Of a stretch of DNA of 32,000 bases, positions 18,804-29,909 are shown one piece after another (position 1 is the stretch's first letter; each line of letters starts with the position of its first letter). The notes under the pieces are model-generated. The model did no database searches and was not told where the DNA came from. It was given only the letters and a program-made list of their open reading frames with translations. This DNA comes from Buchnera aphidicola (Neophyllaphis podocarpi) (GTDB lineage Bacteria > Pseudomonadota > Gammaproteobacteria > Enterobacterales > Enterobacteriaceae): contig NZ_OZ060386.1 of the NCBI RefSeq assembly GCF_964059055.1, positions 180,001 through 212,000 of the forward strand, in the 5' to 3' direction. Made by a program: the position numbers and the translations under genes.

Positions 18804-21296
18804 ATGAAATTGATAAAATTTTTATCTAAAATATTTAAAAATTATAGTAAAACTTTTTTAGAGAAAATGTATAAAAAATTAAATAAAATCAATAATTTGG
18901 AATCTTATTTTAAAAAGATGAAAGATAGTGATTTTAAATTAAAAACTATAAAATTACGTAATAGTTTAAATAATGGTGATACGTTAAATTCTATTCTCCC
19001 TGAAGCGTTTGCAATGGTCAGAGAAGCTAGTAGTCGTGTATTTGGTATGAGGCATTTTGATGTACAGTTAATAGGCGGAATGGTATTAAATAATCAATGT
19101 ATTGCTGAAATGAGAACTGGAGAAGGAAAAACTTTAACAGCTACATTACCAGCATATTTAAATGCATTGACTGGTAAAGGAGTTCATATAGTTACAATGA
19201 ATGACTACTTAGCAAAAAGAGATGCTGAAAGAAATAGACCTCTATTTGAGTTTTTAGGTCTAACTGTTGGTATTAATTTATCGGGAATGTCAAATTACTT
19301 AAAAAGAAAATCTTATTCTGCAGATATAACCTATGCTACTAATAATGAATATGGTTTTGATTATTTACGCGATAACATGATTTATTCCTCAAAAGAAAAA
19401 GTACAGAGAAATCTACACTATGCATTAATAGATGAGGTAGATTCTATTTTAATAGATGAAGCTCGAACTCCATTAATCATATCAGGTTTATTAAAAAATA
19501 ATTTAAGTATATATCAAAATATCGATGAAATTATACCTAATTTAATACGTCAAGATAAAGAAGATTCTGATATATTTAATGGTAATGGACATTTTTCAGT
19601 AGATGAAAAAACTAAACAAATTAATTTAACTGAAAGAGGTTTATTAAAAATAGAAAAAATTTTATTAAAAAGACATATTATAAAAGAAAGTTCATCTCTT
19701 TATTCTGATAAGAATATAATTTTATTACAGCATATTATTTCATCTTTGCGCGCTCATATATTATATACTAAAAATGTAGATTATATTGTAAAAAATGATG
19801 AAGTAATTATAGTTGATGAGCATACTGGTCGTACTATGCCAGGTAGACGTTGGTCTGACGGGCTACATCAAGCTATAGAAGCTAAAGAAAAAGTTACAAT
19901 AAGGCACGAAAATCAAACTTTAGCATCTACAACTTTTCAAAATTATTTTAGATTATATGAAAAATTATCTGGAATGACAGGTACAGCCTGTACCGAATCT
20001 TTTGAATTTAAATCAATTTACAATTTAGATACAATAATAATTCCTACTAATCGTCCAATGATTCGTAATGATATGCCTGACTTGGTTTATATCACAGAAA
20101 AAGAAAAAATATATGCCATTATAAATGGTATAAAAAATTGTATAAAAAAACAACAACCTGTATTAGTAGGTACTATATCTATTGAAAAATCTGAATTAAT
20201 ATCAAGAGAATTACTTAAATTAGGAATAAATCATAATGTTTTGAATGCTAAATTTCATGCTAAAGAAGCTGATATAATTTCCCAGGCAGGTAAACCTGGC
20301 GCTGTAACTATTGCAACTAATATGGCTGGTAGAGGTACTGATATAGTATTAGGAGGAAGTTTAGAATCTGAATTAAAATTGAATAAAAATTTAGATAAAA
20401 AACAAGAAAAAAAAATAAAAAAAACTTGGAAAAAAAATCATTTAATCGTTTTATCTGCAGGAGGATTACATATTATAGGTACTGAAAGACATGAGTCTAG
20501 AAGAATAGATAATCAGTTGCGAGGCAGATCAGGTCGTCAAGGGGATAATGGATCTTCTCAATTCTATTTGTCTATGGAGGATTCATTAATGAGAATTTTT
20601 GCATCTAATAAAGTTATTACTATGATGCGTAAGCTAGGAATCAAATCTGGACAATCTATAAATCATCCTTGGGTTACTAAAGCAATCTCTAATGCTCAAA
20701 AAAGAGTTGAAAATAGAAATTTTGAAATTCGGAAACAATTATTAGAATATGATAATATATCTAATGATCAACGCTGCATAATATATAATTATAGGAATCA
20801 ACTAATTAATACAGATAATATTAATTATGTTATATATAATATATTAGAAGATGTTATAAATTTTGTATTTTCTACTCATACTAAATTTAATAAAAAAAAA
20901 GATATAATTGATATCGTGAATTTAAAACATCAATTAAAACATGATTTTAATTTAAATTTACCTATTTCTTCTTGGTTTAAAAAACATAAATTGAGAACTG
21001 TGATTAATAGAACTATTAATTATATTAAATTATTCTTAAAATATAAAGAAGTAATAATTACTTCAAAAAAAATGAGAAAATTAGAAAAAGAAATTATGTT
21101 ACAGAATTTAGATTTATGTTGGAAGGATCATTTATCATCTATGGATTATTTACGTCAAGGTATTCATTTAAGGGGTTACGCACAAAAAGATCCTAAACAG
21201 GAATATAAGAAAGAATCTTTTTTGATGTTTATTAATATGATAAAAACATTAAAATATTACTTAATTTCTAATTTAAGTAGATTAGATGTTATATAG
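18804..21296 (+). CDS. secA: preprotein translocase ATPase SecA (lacks the C-terminal linker and zinc-binding tail)
   Basis: [11 protein letters not shown] aligns with E. coli [19 protein letters not shown] and [21 protein letters not shown] are present. The protein ends ...[33 protein letters not shown]. Confidence 0.93.
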   Translation: MKLIKFLSKIFKNYSKTFLEKMYKKLNKINNLESYFKKMKDSDFKLKTIKLRNSLNNGDTLNSILPEAFAMVREASSRVFGMRHFDVQLIGGMVLNNQCIAEMRTGEGKTLTATLPAYLNALTGKGVHIVTMNDYLAKRDAERNRPLFEFLGLTVGINLSGMSNYLKRKSYSADITYATNNEYGFDYLRDNMIYSSKEKVQRNLHYALIDEVDSILIDEARTPLIISGLLKNNLSIYQNIDEIIPNLIRQDKEDSDIFNGNGHFSVDEKTKQINLTERGLLKIEKILLKRHIIKESSSLYSDKNIILLQHIISSLRAHILYTKNVDYIVKNDEVIIVDEHTGRTMPGRRWSDGLHQAIEAKEKVTIRHENQTLASTTFQNYFRLYEKLSGMTGTACTESFEFKSIYNLDTIIIPTNRPMIRNDMPDLVYITEKEKIYAIINGIKNCIKKQQPVLVGTISIEKSELISRELLKLGINHNVLNAKFHAKEADIISQAGKPGAVTIATNMAGRGTDIVLGGSLESELKLNKNLDKKQEKKIKKTWKKNHLIVLSAGGLHIIGTERHESRRIDNQLRGRSGRQGDNGSSQFYLSMEDSLMRIFASNKVITMMRKLGIKSGQSINHPWVTKAISNAQKRVENRNFEIRKQLLEYDNISNDQRCIIYNYRNQLINTDNINYVIYNILEDVINFVFSTHTKFNKKKDIIDIVNLKHQLKHDFNLNLPISSWFKKHKLRTVINRTINYIKLFLKYKEVIITSKKMRKLEKEIMLQNLDLCWKDHLSSMDYLRQGIHLRGYAQKDPKQEYKKESFLMFINMIKTLKYYLISNLSRLDVI

Positions 21297-21386
21297 TTAT
21301 GTATTGTTAATATAAAAATTTTAGATAAAGTTTATATATAATATTTTTAATAAAAATTTCATATACGTAATTAAATATTTTTAAAA

Positions 21387-21989
21387 TTATTTCATTTTTT
21401 TAATAAAAGATAAATTTATATATTTTTTATTAAGTTGATGTATTATTGATTTTATTTTTCTAATATCTCCGTTGTTTATTATAATATCATTTGCAAAAGA
21501 ATTTCTTTTTTCTCTAGTTATTTGATAGGATATAATTTTTTTAATATTTTTAATATTTTCTTTATCTCTTTTAATAATTCTATTAATTTGAATTTTTGGA
21601 TCTATATCTATTACTAATATTCTATCTACTTTTTTGTATAATTTTTTTTCTATTAATAAAGGTGTTACCCATAAACACCAGTTTTTTTTTACCTTTTTAA
21701 TTTTTTCTGTGATTTTTTTATTTACTAATGGATGCAAAATACTTTCTAACCATTTTTTATTATTTATCGAAGATAAAAAAAATTTTTTTAGTAAATTGAA
21801 ATTGATTTCTTTATTTTGTTTTAAGCCAAGTTTTTTATTTATTATTTTTTTTACTTTTTTATTATAATGTAAGATTTTTTTATTTTCAATATCAGAATCA
21901 ATAACGTCTATTCCTATTTTTTTGAATTCGTTTGATATTGTTGTTTTTCCAGAACATATTCCTCCTGTCATTGCTACAATAAAAGTCAT
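21387..21989 (-). CDS. coaE: dephospho-CoA kinase
   Basis: MTFIVAMTGGICSGKTT (P-loop) is collinear with E. coli CoaE. Confidence 0.88.
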   Translation of the reverse strand: MTFIVAMTGGICSGKTTISNEFKKIGIDVIDSDIENKKILHYNKKVKKIINKKLGLKQNKEINFNLLKKFFLSSINNKKWLESILHPLVNKKITEKIKKVKKNWCLWVTPLLIEKKLYKKVDRILVIDIDPKIQINRIIKRDKENIKNIKKIISYQITREKRNSFANDIIINNGDIRKIKSIIHQLNKKYINLSFIKKMK

Positions 21990-22097
21990 TTTTTTAGTTT
22001 TCTAATATGTTAAAAATATATTTAAATTATAGTTTAAATATATTTTTTATAAAGGTATTTTATGTAATAATTTTATTGTTATTATAAGGATAATATT

Positions 22098-23153
22098 ATG
22101 CGTATTGAAGAAGATATTAAATTAGGATTTAAAGATGTATTAATTAGGCCTAAACGTTCTCTGCTCAAAAGTAGATCACAAGTAGAATTATCTCGTAATT
22201 TCATTTTCAAATATGCTAAATATTCTTGGTCAGGAATTCCTATTATAGCTTCTAATATGGATACTATAGGAACATTTAATATGGCTAGGGTTTTATCCTC
22301 TTTTAATTTATTAACTGCTATAAATAAATATTACTCTATAAAAGAATGGTATATTTTTATAAAAAAAACATCTCATAAAATATTAAATAATATTATTGTA
22401 TCTACAGGAATATCTCATGATGATTTTATGAAAATTAAAAAAATTTTCTCTTTATCTAAAGATTTAAATTATTTATGTATTGATGTTGCTAACGGATATT
22501 CTGAGCATTTTGTTTCTTTTGTTAATAAAGTTAGAGATCATTTTCCTGATAAGATTATATGTGCTGGTAATGTTGTTACAGGAGAAATGGTTGAAGAATT
22601 AATATTATCTGGAGCTGATATTGTTAAAGTAGGCATTGGTCCTGGTTCTGTATGCACTACTAGAATTAAAACTGGAATAGGTTATCCTCAACTTTCGGCT
22701 ATAATAGAATGTGCTGATGCAGCTCATGGATTAAAAGGACAAATTATTAGCGATGGTGGATGTTCTGTTACTGGTGATATAGCAAAAGCATTTGGCGGTG
22801 GTTCTGATTTTGTTATGCTTGGCGGTATGCTAGCTGGTCATTATGAATGCAATGGAAAAATTATTACTACAAATAATGGAAAAAAATTTATGTTATTTTA
22901 TGGTATGAGTTCAGAATCTGCTATGAATATACATGTTGGAGGTGTTGCTAGCTATAGATCTGTAGAAGGTAAAACTGTTAAATTACCTTTTAAAGGTAGT
23001 GTTGAAAATACTATTTATGATATCTTGGGAGGTTTAAGATCAACTTGTACTTATGTTGGAGCTGGAAATTTAAAAGAACTAACTAAAAGAACTACTTTTA
23101 TTCGTGTAAATGAACAAGAAAATTTAGTTTTTGATAACAAAAAAGATTTTTAG
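22098..23153 (+). CDS. guaC: GMP reductase
   Basis: [33 protein letters not shown] and [11 protein letters not shown] are present. Confidence 0.95.
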   Translation: MRIEEDIKLGFKDVLIRPKRSLLKSRSQVELSRNFIFKYAKYSWSGIPIIASNMDTIGTFNMARVLSSFNLLTAINKYYSIKEWYIFIKKTSHKILNNIIVSTGISHDDFMKIKKIFSLSKDLNYLCIDVANGYSEHFVSFVNKVRDHFPDKIICAGNVVTGEMVEELILSGADIVKVGIGPGSVCTTRIKTGIGYPQLSAIIECADAAHGLKGQIISDGGCSVTGDIAKAFGGGSDFVMLGGMLAGHYECNGKIITTNNGKKFMLFYGMSSESAMNIHVGGVASYRSVEGKTVKLPFKGSVENTIYDILGGLRSTCTYVGAGNLKELTKRTTFIRVNEQENLVFDNKKDF

Positions 23154-23289
23154 AAATTATATTTAAATTTATATGAATTAAATTTTATTTTTAATTTTAA
23201 TTTTTAATGCAATTTAAATATATTTAATTTTATTTAAAATTAAATATTTAATTTTTTTGATTATTTAAACAAGAGGAATAATACTGCTT

Positions 23290-25959
23290 ATGTCAGAATT
23301 TTTATATAATGACGTAGATCCAATTGAAACTAATGATTGGTTACAAGCAATAGATTCTGTGATCAGAGAAGAAGGTATTGAAAGAGCTAATTTTATAATA
23401 AAAAAACTATTACATAAAATTAATATAAAAAAAAAACTCTTATATCCAGTTTTAGGAATTAGTAATTATATAAATACTATACCTAATTCTGAAGAACCTA
23501 AATATCCTGGAAATCTATTTATAGAAAGAAAAATACGTTCTATAATAAGATGGAATGCTATAGCTATGGTATTAAAAGCTTCCAATAAGGATTTAGATTT
23601 AGGAGGTCATTTGTCTTCTTTTCAATCTTCTGCAACCATTTATGAAGTATGTTTCAATCATTTTTTTCGTGCTCATAATAAATATGATGGAGGAGATTTA
23701 GTTTATTTTCAAGGTCATATATCTCCCGGAATATATTCTAGAGCATTTTTAGAAGGTAGGTTATCAGAAGATCAAATAAACAATTTTAGACAAGAAGTTG
23801 ATGGTAATGGATTGCCTTCTTATCCTCATCCTAAGTTATTACCAAATTTTTGGCAATTTCCTACAGTATCTATGGGTCTTGGTCCTGTTTGTGCTATATA
23901 TCAAGCTAAATTTTTAAAATATTTAAATAACAGGTCTTTAAAAGATACTAGCAAACAAACTGTTTATGCTTTTTTAGGAGATGGTGAAATGGATGAACCT
24001 GAATCAAAAGGTGCCATTTCTATTGCTTCTAGAGAACAATTAGATAATTTAATTTTTATTATTAATTGTAATTTACAGAGATTAGATGGTCCAGTTATTG
24101 GTAATGGTAAGATTATTAATGAATTAGAAAGTATTTTTTTGGGTGCAGGATGGGAAGTTATTAAAGTAATATGGGGTGATAAATGGGATAGCTTGTTAGC
24201 TAAGGATTCTAGTGGAAAATTAATTCAATTAATGAATGAAACTTTAGATGGTGATTATCAAAATTTAAAATCTAAAGATGGAAAATATGTTAGAAAAAAT
24301 TTTTTTGGAAAGTATAAAGAAACATTAAATTTAGTAAAAGATATGACTGATGATGAAATTTGGAAATTAAATAGAGGTGGTCATGATCCAAAAAAAATTT
24401 ATGCTGCAATTAGTAAAGCAAAACAAGTTATTAATAAGCCAACATTAATATTAGTACATACTATAAAAGGTTATGGTTTAGGTAAAATTGCAGAAGGTAA
24501 GAATACTGCTCATCAACTAAAAAAAATAAATACAAAAGATATATATAATATAATTAATCGTTTTGATATAAATAAAAAAGATATTGATGTTAAAAATATT
24601 AACTTTATTTCTTTAAAGAAAAATTCTGAAGAATATAATTATCTACATAATCAGCGTAATAAACTTTGTGGTTATATTCCATATAGATTGTCTAATTTTA
24701 GCAAGAAATTAATTCTTCCTTCTTTAGATGATTTTAATTCTTTATTAATAGAACAAAAAAGACATATTTCAACTACCATAGCTTTTATTAGAGTTCTAAA
24801 TATAATTTTAAGAAATGAATTTATTAAAAATTTGATAGTTCCAATTATTGCTGATGAAGCTCGTACTTTTGGTATGGAAGGTTTATTTCGAAAAATAGGA
24901 ATTTATAATTTTAATGGTCAAAAATATACTCCTCAAGATAAAGAACAATTAGCATATTATAAAGAAGAAAAAAATGGTCAAATTTTACAAGAAGGTATAA
25001 ATGAATTAGGTGCTGCTGCATCTTGGTTAGCAGCTGCAACTTCTTATAGTACTAATAATTTTCCTATGATTCCATTTTATATATATTATTCTATGTTTGG
25101 TTTTCAAAGAACAGGAGATTTATTTTGGGCAGCTGGCGATCAACAAGCTAGAGGATTTTTAATAGGTGCTACTTCAGGAAGAACTACATTAAATGGAGAA
25201 GGTTTACAACATGAAGACGGTCATAGTCATATATATTCTTTGACAATTCCAAATTGTATTTCTTATGATCCTGCTTATGCTTATGAATTTGCTGTTATTA
25301 TAAATTACGGTTTATCTAAAATGTATGGTACTTCTCCAGAAAATGTTTATTTTTATATAACTACTACGAATGAAAATTATTATATGCCCGAAATGCCTAA
25401 AAATTCTATAGAAGGAATATGCAAAGGTATGTATAAATTAAAAAGGATAACAAACAATAATAGTTTTATCAATATTCAATTAATGGGATCAGGTGCAATT
25501 TTGCGACATGTACTTATAGCTAGTAAAATTTTATTAAAAGATTATAATATTAGTTCTGACATATACAGTGTTACTTCATTCACTGAACTAGCTAGAGATG
25601 GTTATGATTGTGATAGATGGAATATGTTGCATTTAGATCAAAAACCAAAAGTTCCTTATGTATCTCAAATTATGAATAACTCTCCAGCTATTGCCGCAAC
25701 TGATTATATGAAGTTATTTGCTGAACAAATAAGAAATTATATTCCTTCTAATTCATATAAAGTTTTAGGTACTGATGGTTTTGGTCGCTCCGACAGTAGA
25801 AAAAAATTACGTAATTATTTTGAAATAGATGCTTCTTATATTGTAGTTTCTGCTTTATTTCAGTTGTTTAAAAACAATAATATAGAAAAACATGTAGTTT
25901 CTAAAGCAATTAAAAAATTTAATATTGATATTAATAAGATAAACCCTAGATTAGCATAG
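23290..25959 (+). CDS. aceE: pyruvate dehydrogenase E1 component
   Basis: NDVDPIET.DWLQAI..VIREEG, the ThDP motif GDGEMDEPES, and the C-terminal FNID..K.NPRLA are present. Confidence 0.96.
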   Translation: MSEFLYNDVDPIETNDWLQAIDSVIREEGIERANFIIKKLLHKINIKKKLLYPVLGISNYINTIPNSEEPKYPGNLFIERKIRSIIRWNAIAMVLKASNKDLDLGGHLSSFQSSATIYEVCFNHFFRAHNKYDGGDLVYFQGHISPGIYSRAFLEGRLSEDQINNFRQEVDGNGLPSYPHPKLLPNFWQFPTVSMGLGPVCAIYQAKFLKYLNNRSLKDTSKQTVYAFLGDGEMDEPESKGAISIASREQLDNLIFIINCNLQRLDGPVIGNGKIINELESIFLGAGWEVIKVIWGDKWDSLLAKDSSGKLIQLMNETLDGDYQNLKSKDGKYVRKNFFGKYKETLNLVKDMTDDEIWKLNRGGHDPKKIYAAISKAKQVINKPTLILVHTIKGYGLGKIAEGKNTAHQLKKINTKDIYNIINRFDINKKDIDVKNINFISLKKNSEEYNYLHNQRNKLCGYIPYRLSNFSKKLILPSLDDFNSLLIEQKRHISTTIAFIRVLNIILRNEFIKNLIVPIIADEARTFGMEGLFRKIGIYNFNGQKYTPQDKEQLAYYKEEKNGQILQEGINELGAAASWLAAATSYSTNNFPMIPFYIYYSMFGFQRTGDLFWAAGDQQARGFLIGATSGRTTLNGEGLQHEDGHSHIYSLTIPNCISYDPAYAYEFAVIINYGLSKMYGTSPENVYFYITTTNENYYMPEMPKNSIEGICKGMYKLKRITNNNSFINIQLMGSGAILRHVLIASKILLKDYNISSDIYSVTSFTELARDGYDCDRWNMLHLDQKPKVPYVSQIMNNSPAIAATDYMKLFAEQIRNYIPSNSYKVLGTDGFGRSDSRKKLRNYFEIDASYIVVSALFQLFKNNNIEKHVVSKAIKKFNIDINKINPRLA

Positions 25960-25975
25960 AGTAATTGAAAAAATT

Positions 25976-27169
25976 ATGGATATAAAAATTTTTGTTCCTG
26001 ATATTGGTACAAACAATGTCGAAATTACTGATATTTTAGTTAAAATTGGAGATTATGTTAAAAAAGAACAAGGTTTAATTGTTGTTGAAGGTGATAAAAC
26101 ATCTATGGAAATACCTTCTTCACATGATGGAATTGTAAAAAGTATAATGCTAAAAATCGGTGATTTTGTTAAAACTAATTCTGAAATATTAATTTTGAAT
26201 ATGAAAGATAAACCGCTCAAAATTACAACAAATTTTTCAGATGAAAAAAAAACAAAAGATAATTTTTTATTTCATGCTTCTCCTTTAATAAGACGTTTAG
26301 CTAGAAAAAATAATATAGATTTAAAAATCATTAAAGGTAGCGGAAGGAAAAATCGTATTTTAAAAGAAGATATTATTGCATATCAAGATAGTATTAAAAA
26401 TTCTTATTCTAACCATAAAAATAAATTAGAAAATTATAGTTCTACGATTAATAGTAATGACCTTTATTTATCGGATAAAAATAAAATATTGCATTTAAAA
26501 AAAATTAAAATTTCTGCTGGTATTAATTTATTTAATAGTTGGAATTCTATTCCTCATGTTACTCAGTTTCACGAAATAGATATTACTAAAATTGAAAGAA
26601 TTAGGAAAAAGTTTAATTCAAATAATTTTTTAAATGATAGTAAAATAACTTTGCTTTCTTTTTTAATTAAAGCATTAGTTTTATCGATTAAAAAATTTCC
26701 TTTATTTAATAGTTCTCTTTCTTTAGATAAAAAAAGCATCATTTTAAAAAAAAATATCAATATTGGAATCGTAGTAAATACTGATGATGGTTTATTAATT
26801 CCTGTTATAAAGCAAAATAATATCAAAAGTATAATTGATTTAGCTTTAAGAATAAAAAAACTAGCAAATAAAGCTCGCTCAAATAATTTATCTGTCAACG
26901 ATTTAAACGAAGGTACGTTTACAGTATCTAATTTAGGTAGTATTAGTAGTAATTATTTTACACCTATTATTAATTTACCTCAGGTTGCTATTTTGGGTAT
27001 ATCTAAATCTTTTATAAAACCTGTTTGGAAAAAAAGAAATTTTGTTCCTAAATTGGTGCTCCCTGTTTCTTTATCTTATGATCATCGTGTTATTGATGGC
27101 GTTTATGCATCTAATTTTTTATCATTTATTTCTGGTATAATTTCAGATGTTAGTTTTTTGATTTTTTAA
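25976..27169 (+). CDS. aceF: dihydrolipoamide acetyltransferase E2 (single lipoyl domain)
   Basis: It has one lipoyl domain (VEGDKTSMEIP), a subunit-binding domain (ASPLIRRLARKNNIDL) and the catalytic DHRVIDG. Confidence 0.93.
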   Translation: MDIKIFVPDIGTNNVEITDILVKIGDYVKKEQGLIVVEGDKTSMEIPSSHDGIVKSIMLKIGDFVKTNSEILILNMKDKPLKITTNFSDEKKTKDNFLFHASPLIRRLARKNNIDLKIIKGSGRKNRILKEDIIAYQDSIKNSYSNHKNKLENYSSTINSNDLYLSDKNKILHLKKIKISAGINLFNSWNSIPHVTQFHEIDITKIERIRKKFNSNNFLNDSKITLLSFLIKALVLSIKKFPLFNSSLSLDKKSIILKKNINIGIVVNTDDGLLIPVIKQNNIKSIIDLALRIKKLANKARSNNLSVNDLNEGTFTVSNLGSISSNYFTPIINLPQVAILGISKSFIKPVWKKRNFVPKLVLPVSLSYDHRVIDGVYASNFLSFISGIISDVSFLIF

Positions 27170-27229
27170 AAAAGTTAATATGTAATTATTTACTTTAAAC
27201 TAAATATTTTGAGGTTTTTTAATAAAATT

Positions 27230-28657
27230 ATGAATATTATAAAAAATAATACTGAAGTAGTTGTGATAGGTGGTGGTCCTGCTGGTTATTCTGCTGCATT
27301 TAGATGTTCTGATTTAGGTATAAAAACTATTATTGTTGAAAAATATTCTGATTTAGGAGGATCATGCTTGAATGTAGGGTGTGTTCCTTCAAAATATTTA
27401 TTACATGTATCTAAAATTATTAAAGATTCTAATGAATTAGTTGAATATGGTTTTAATATTTCTAATGAAAATTTTAATATTGATATAGTTAAAAATCGCA
27501 AAAATAATATAATAAAAAATTTTAATTCTGGTTTATTGAATATGTCTAAAAAAAGGAATATCAGAATTATTAATGGAATAGCTGAATTTATAGATGATAA
27601 TACAATTATTGTAAAAAATGATGCTCAAACTAATTATATAAATTTTAATAATGCTATTATTGCATCTGGTTCTAAATCTATAAAGTTACCTATCTTTGAA
27701 TATGAAAAACATTATATATGGAATTCTTCGGATGCTCTTTCATTACCTTTCATACCTAAAAAATTATTAATTGTAGGTGGAGGTATAATAGGTTTAGAAA
27801 TGGCTACTGTTTATCATTATTTAGGTTCTAAAATAGACATTATTGATAATTCAGATAAATTGCTTCCTATGATAGATCGAGATATAATTAATACTTATTA
27901 TAAAATGACAAAAAAAGATTTTTCTTTTATGTTAGGAAGTAATATTTCTAATATAGAATATCGAAATAATACAGTTATAGTTAATTTAATAGATAAAAAT
28001 AATATACAAAAAAAATATACTTATGATGCTGTACTTATTGCTGTAGGAAGGTATCCTTGCACAGAATTACTAAATATATCTAAGATTGATATTAAATGTA
28101 ATTCTTCTGGTTATATTAATATAGATAATCAAATGCGTACTAATATAAATAATATATATGCTATAGGAGATGTTACAGGTCAACCAATGTTTGCACATAA
28201 AGGAATTCATCAAGGGCATATTGTTGCAGAAGTTATAGCTGGATATAAACATTATTATGATCCTAAAATTATACCTTCAATAGCATATACTATTCCTGAA
28301 ATATCATGGGTAGGAATTAATGAAATAGAAGCTAATAATCTTGGTATAGAGTATGATTCAGTTCTATTTCCGTGGAATTATTCTAGCAAAGCTATTATTG
28401 AGAATTCTTCTTTTGGTATTACAAAATTGATTTTTAACAAAAAAACTAATAAAATTATTGGTGGTAGTATAATTGGTCATAATGCAGGAGAATTGATTTC
28501 AGAAATTAGTCTTGCTATTGAAATGAATTGTGATGTAGATGATATTGCACTTACAATACATGCTCATCCTACTTTGTATGAAACAATAGGATTAGCATCT
28601 CAGATTTATAACGGGTCTATAACTGATTTACCAAATCATAAATTTAAGACTATTTAA
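27230..28657 (+). CDS. lpdA: dihydrolipoyl dehydrogenase E3
   Basis: VVVIGGGPAGYSAAFR, the redox-active CLNVGCVPSK and HAHPTLYE are present. I prefer ATG 27230 over the TTG at 27209, based on alignment to E. coli Lpd. Confidence 0.95.
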   Translation: MNIIKNNTEVVVIGGGPAGYSAAFRCSDLGIKTIIVEKYSDLGGSCLNVGCVPSKYLLHVSKIIKDSNELVEYGFNISNENFNIDIVKNRKNNIIKNFNSGLLNMSKKRNIRIINGIAEFIDDNTIIVKNDAQTNYINFNNAIIASGSKSIKLPIFEYEKHYIWNSSDALSLPFIPKKLLIVGGGIIGLEMATVYHYLGSKIDIIDNSDKLLPMIDRDIINTYYKMTKKDFSFMLGSNISNIEYRNNTVIVNLIDKNNIQKKYTYDAVLIAVGRYPCTELLNISKIDIKCNSSGYINIDNQMRTNINNIYAIGDVTGQPMFAHKGIHQGHIVAEVIAGYKHYYDPKIIPSIAYTIPEISWVGINEIEANNLGIEYDSVLFPWNYSSKAIIENSSFGITKLIFNKKTNKIIGGSIIGHNAGELISEISLAIEMNCDVDDIALTIHAHPTLYETIGLASQIYNGSITDLPNHKFKTI

Positions 28658-28660
28658 TTT

Positions 28661-28713
28661 ATTTTGTTTTGAAAGTGATTTTTCATTATCATTTTCAAAA
28701 CAAAATATTTTTT
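28661..28713 (+). terminator. intrinsic terminator after lpdA (convergent with mtnN)
   Basis: A 19-bp stem spans 28661-28679 / 28688-28706, with one G-U pair on the plus-strand RNA and an 8-nt loop. It is followed by atttttt. Confidence 0.7.
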
Positions 28714-29434
28714 AAATTTTAGTTTTTATAAATAATTTATTATTAATAATAAAATTAATTATTAATTCAATAATTTTACATGTTTTAATTGATACTAAAG
28801 AAACAAACTTTTTAAAATTTTTTGTAGAATTTTTATTTGATTTATCTGATATAGATTTTATAATAATTAAAGGTATTTTAAATATATAACATACATGACT
28901 TATTGCAGCACTTTCCATTTCTACTGCTACTGCATCAATAAAGTTTGATTTTATATTTTTTTTCTGAGTTTTGTTTCTTATGAAATAATCTCCGCTAACA
29001 ATTAATCCTGAAGTAAATTTATATTTTGCTTTAATTGCAGATTGTATTGATATTTTATGTAATAATTTATTGATTACAAAAAATTGAGGGCATCTAGGAA
29101 TTTGTCCTATTTTATATTTAAAATTTGTTAAGTTTACATCAAAATATGATACTTTATTAGGAATGACAATATCTCCTATATTTAATGAATCAATTAAACT
29201 TCCAGCTGATCCGGTATTTATTATAATATCTGGATTGAATATTTCTATAATTTTCATGGTTGCTATTGATGCTGATACTTTACCTATTCCTGAAATTATT
29301 ATAAATATTTTTGTTTTTTTTAGTTGTCCAGTATATATATATATATCGTTTTTTTTAATTTTTTTTAATTTTTTTATTCTATCCAATAAAAAAGTATGCT
29401 CTTCTTTAAGAGCACCTATTATTCCTATTCTCAT
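28712..29434 (-). CDS. mtnN: 5'-methylthioadenosine/S-adenosylhomocysteine nucleosidase
   Basis: MRIGIIGA..EE, GIGKV.A, INTGSAG and VEMESAAI are present. Confidence 0.9.
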   Translation of the reverse strand: MRIGIIGALKEEHTFLLDRIKKLKKIKKNDIYIYTGQLKKTKIFIIISGIGKVSASIATMKIIEIFNPDIIINTGSAGSLIDSLNIGDIVIPNKVSYFDVNLTNFKYKIGQIPRCPQFFVINKLLHKISIQSAIKAKYKFTSGLIVSGDYFIRNKTQKKNIKSNFIDAVAVEMESAAISHVCYIFKIPLIIIKSISDKSNKNSTKNFKKFVSLVSIKTCKIIELIINFIINNKLFIKTKI

Positions 29435-29490
29435 ATTTTTTTAAATATTTTATTTTTTGTAATTTATATTTTTTATATGATAGTTATATT

Positions 29491-29829
29491 TCAAATACCA
29501 AAAGATTCACCGCAGCTACAAGTAGTTTTAGCATTTGGATTTGATATTGTAAATTTTGATCCATAAACATTCTCCAAATAATCTAATGAACTACCTGTTA
29601 GATATTGAAGACTTATATGATCAATTATAATAATTATATTTGATTGTGTTATTAAAATATCATCATTATCAATTTTATCATCTAATTTAAAACCATATTT
29701 AAAACCACTACAACCTCCTCCGTTAATATAAATTCTTAGTTTAAGTTTTGTGTTTTTCTGATTTTTAAGTATATGTTTTATTTTTTTTATTGCTGTTTTT
29801 GTTAAAAATAATTTAATTTCATTTTTCAT
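29491..29829 (-). CDS. erpA: iron-sulfur cluster insertion protein ErpA
   Basis: LKLR.YI.GGGCSGF.YGF and the C-terminal [16 protein letters not shown] are present. Confidence 0.9.
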   Translation of the reverse strand: MKNEIKLFLTKTAIKKIKHILKNQKNTKLKLRIYINGGGCSGFKYGFKLDDKIDNDDILITQSNIIIIIDHISLQYLTGSSLDYLENVYGSKFTISNPNAKTTCSCGESFGI

Positions 29830-29909
29830 TTTTAATTATTACAATAAATTTTTTATTAAAATATGTTGTTAATAGGAATATTTAATTGAATTTATTTTTT
29901 ATATGAATT

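Noticed and set aside
12443-23174. A 17-nt motif, tatatttaaatttatat, shared between the hpt/panC palindrome (12443-12459) and the guaC/aceE spacer (23158-23174)
   Set aside because: A pure A/T low-complexity match of this length between AT-only spacers is plausible by chance. There is no flanking similarity and no other sign of a dispersed repeat family.
1695-27229. Longer N-terminal extensions offered by the ORF track (nadK 1695, thrC GTG 8064, secA TTG 18798, lpdA TTG 27209)
   Set aside because: Alignment to the E. coli orthologs supports the downstream ATGs at 1731, 8040, 18804 and 27230. thrC also has a GGAG Shine-Dalgarno sequence in front of 8040.
29332-29346. (TA)7 microsatellite and adjacent T8-AA repeats in mtnN
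   Set aside because: They are in frame (..NDIYIYTG.., ..KKLKKIKK..) and consistent with compositional bias. There is no frame disruption.
8574-29444. Remaining short antisense ORFs in the track (8574-8801, 10202-10474, 12535-12810, 13373-13564, 15965-16159, 21634-21867, 26569-26898, 27286-27501, 28070-28252, 29163-29444)
   Set aside because: Each is nested within a confidently identified gene on the opposite strand, is F/I/L/K-rich, and has no recognisable domain.
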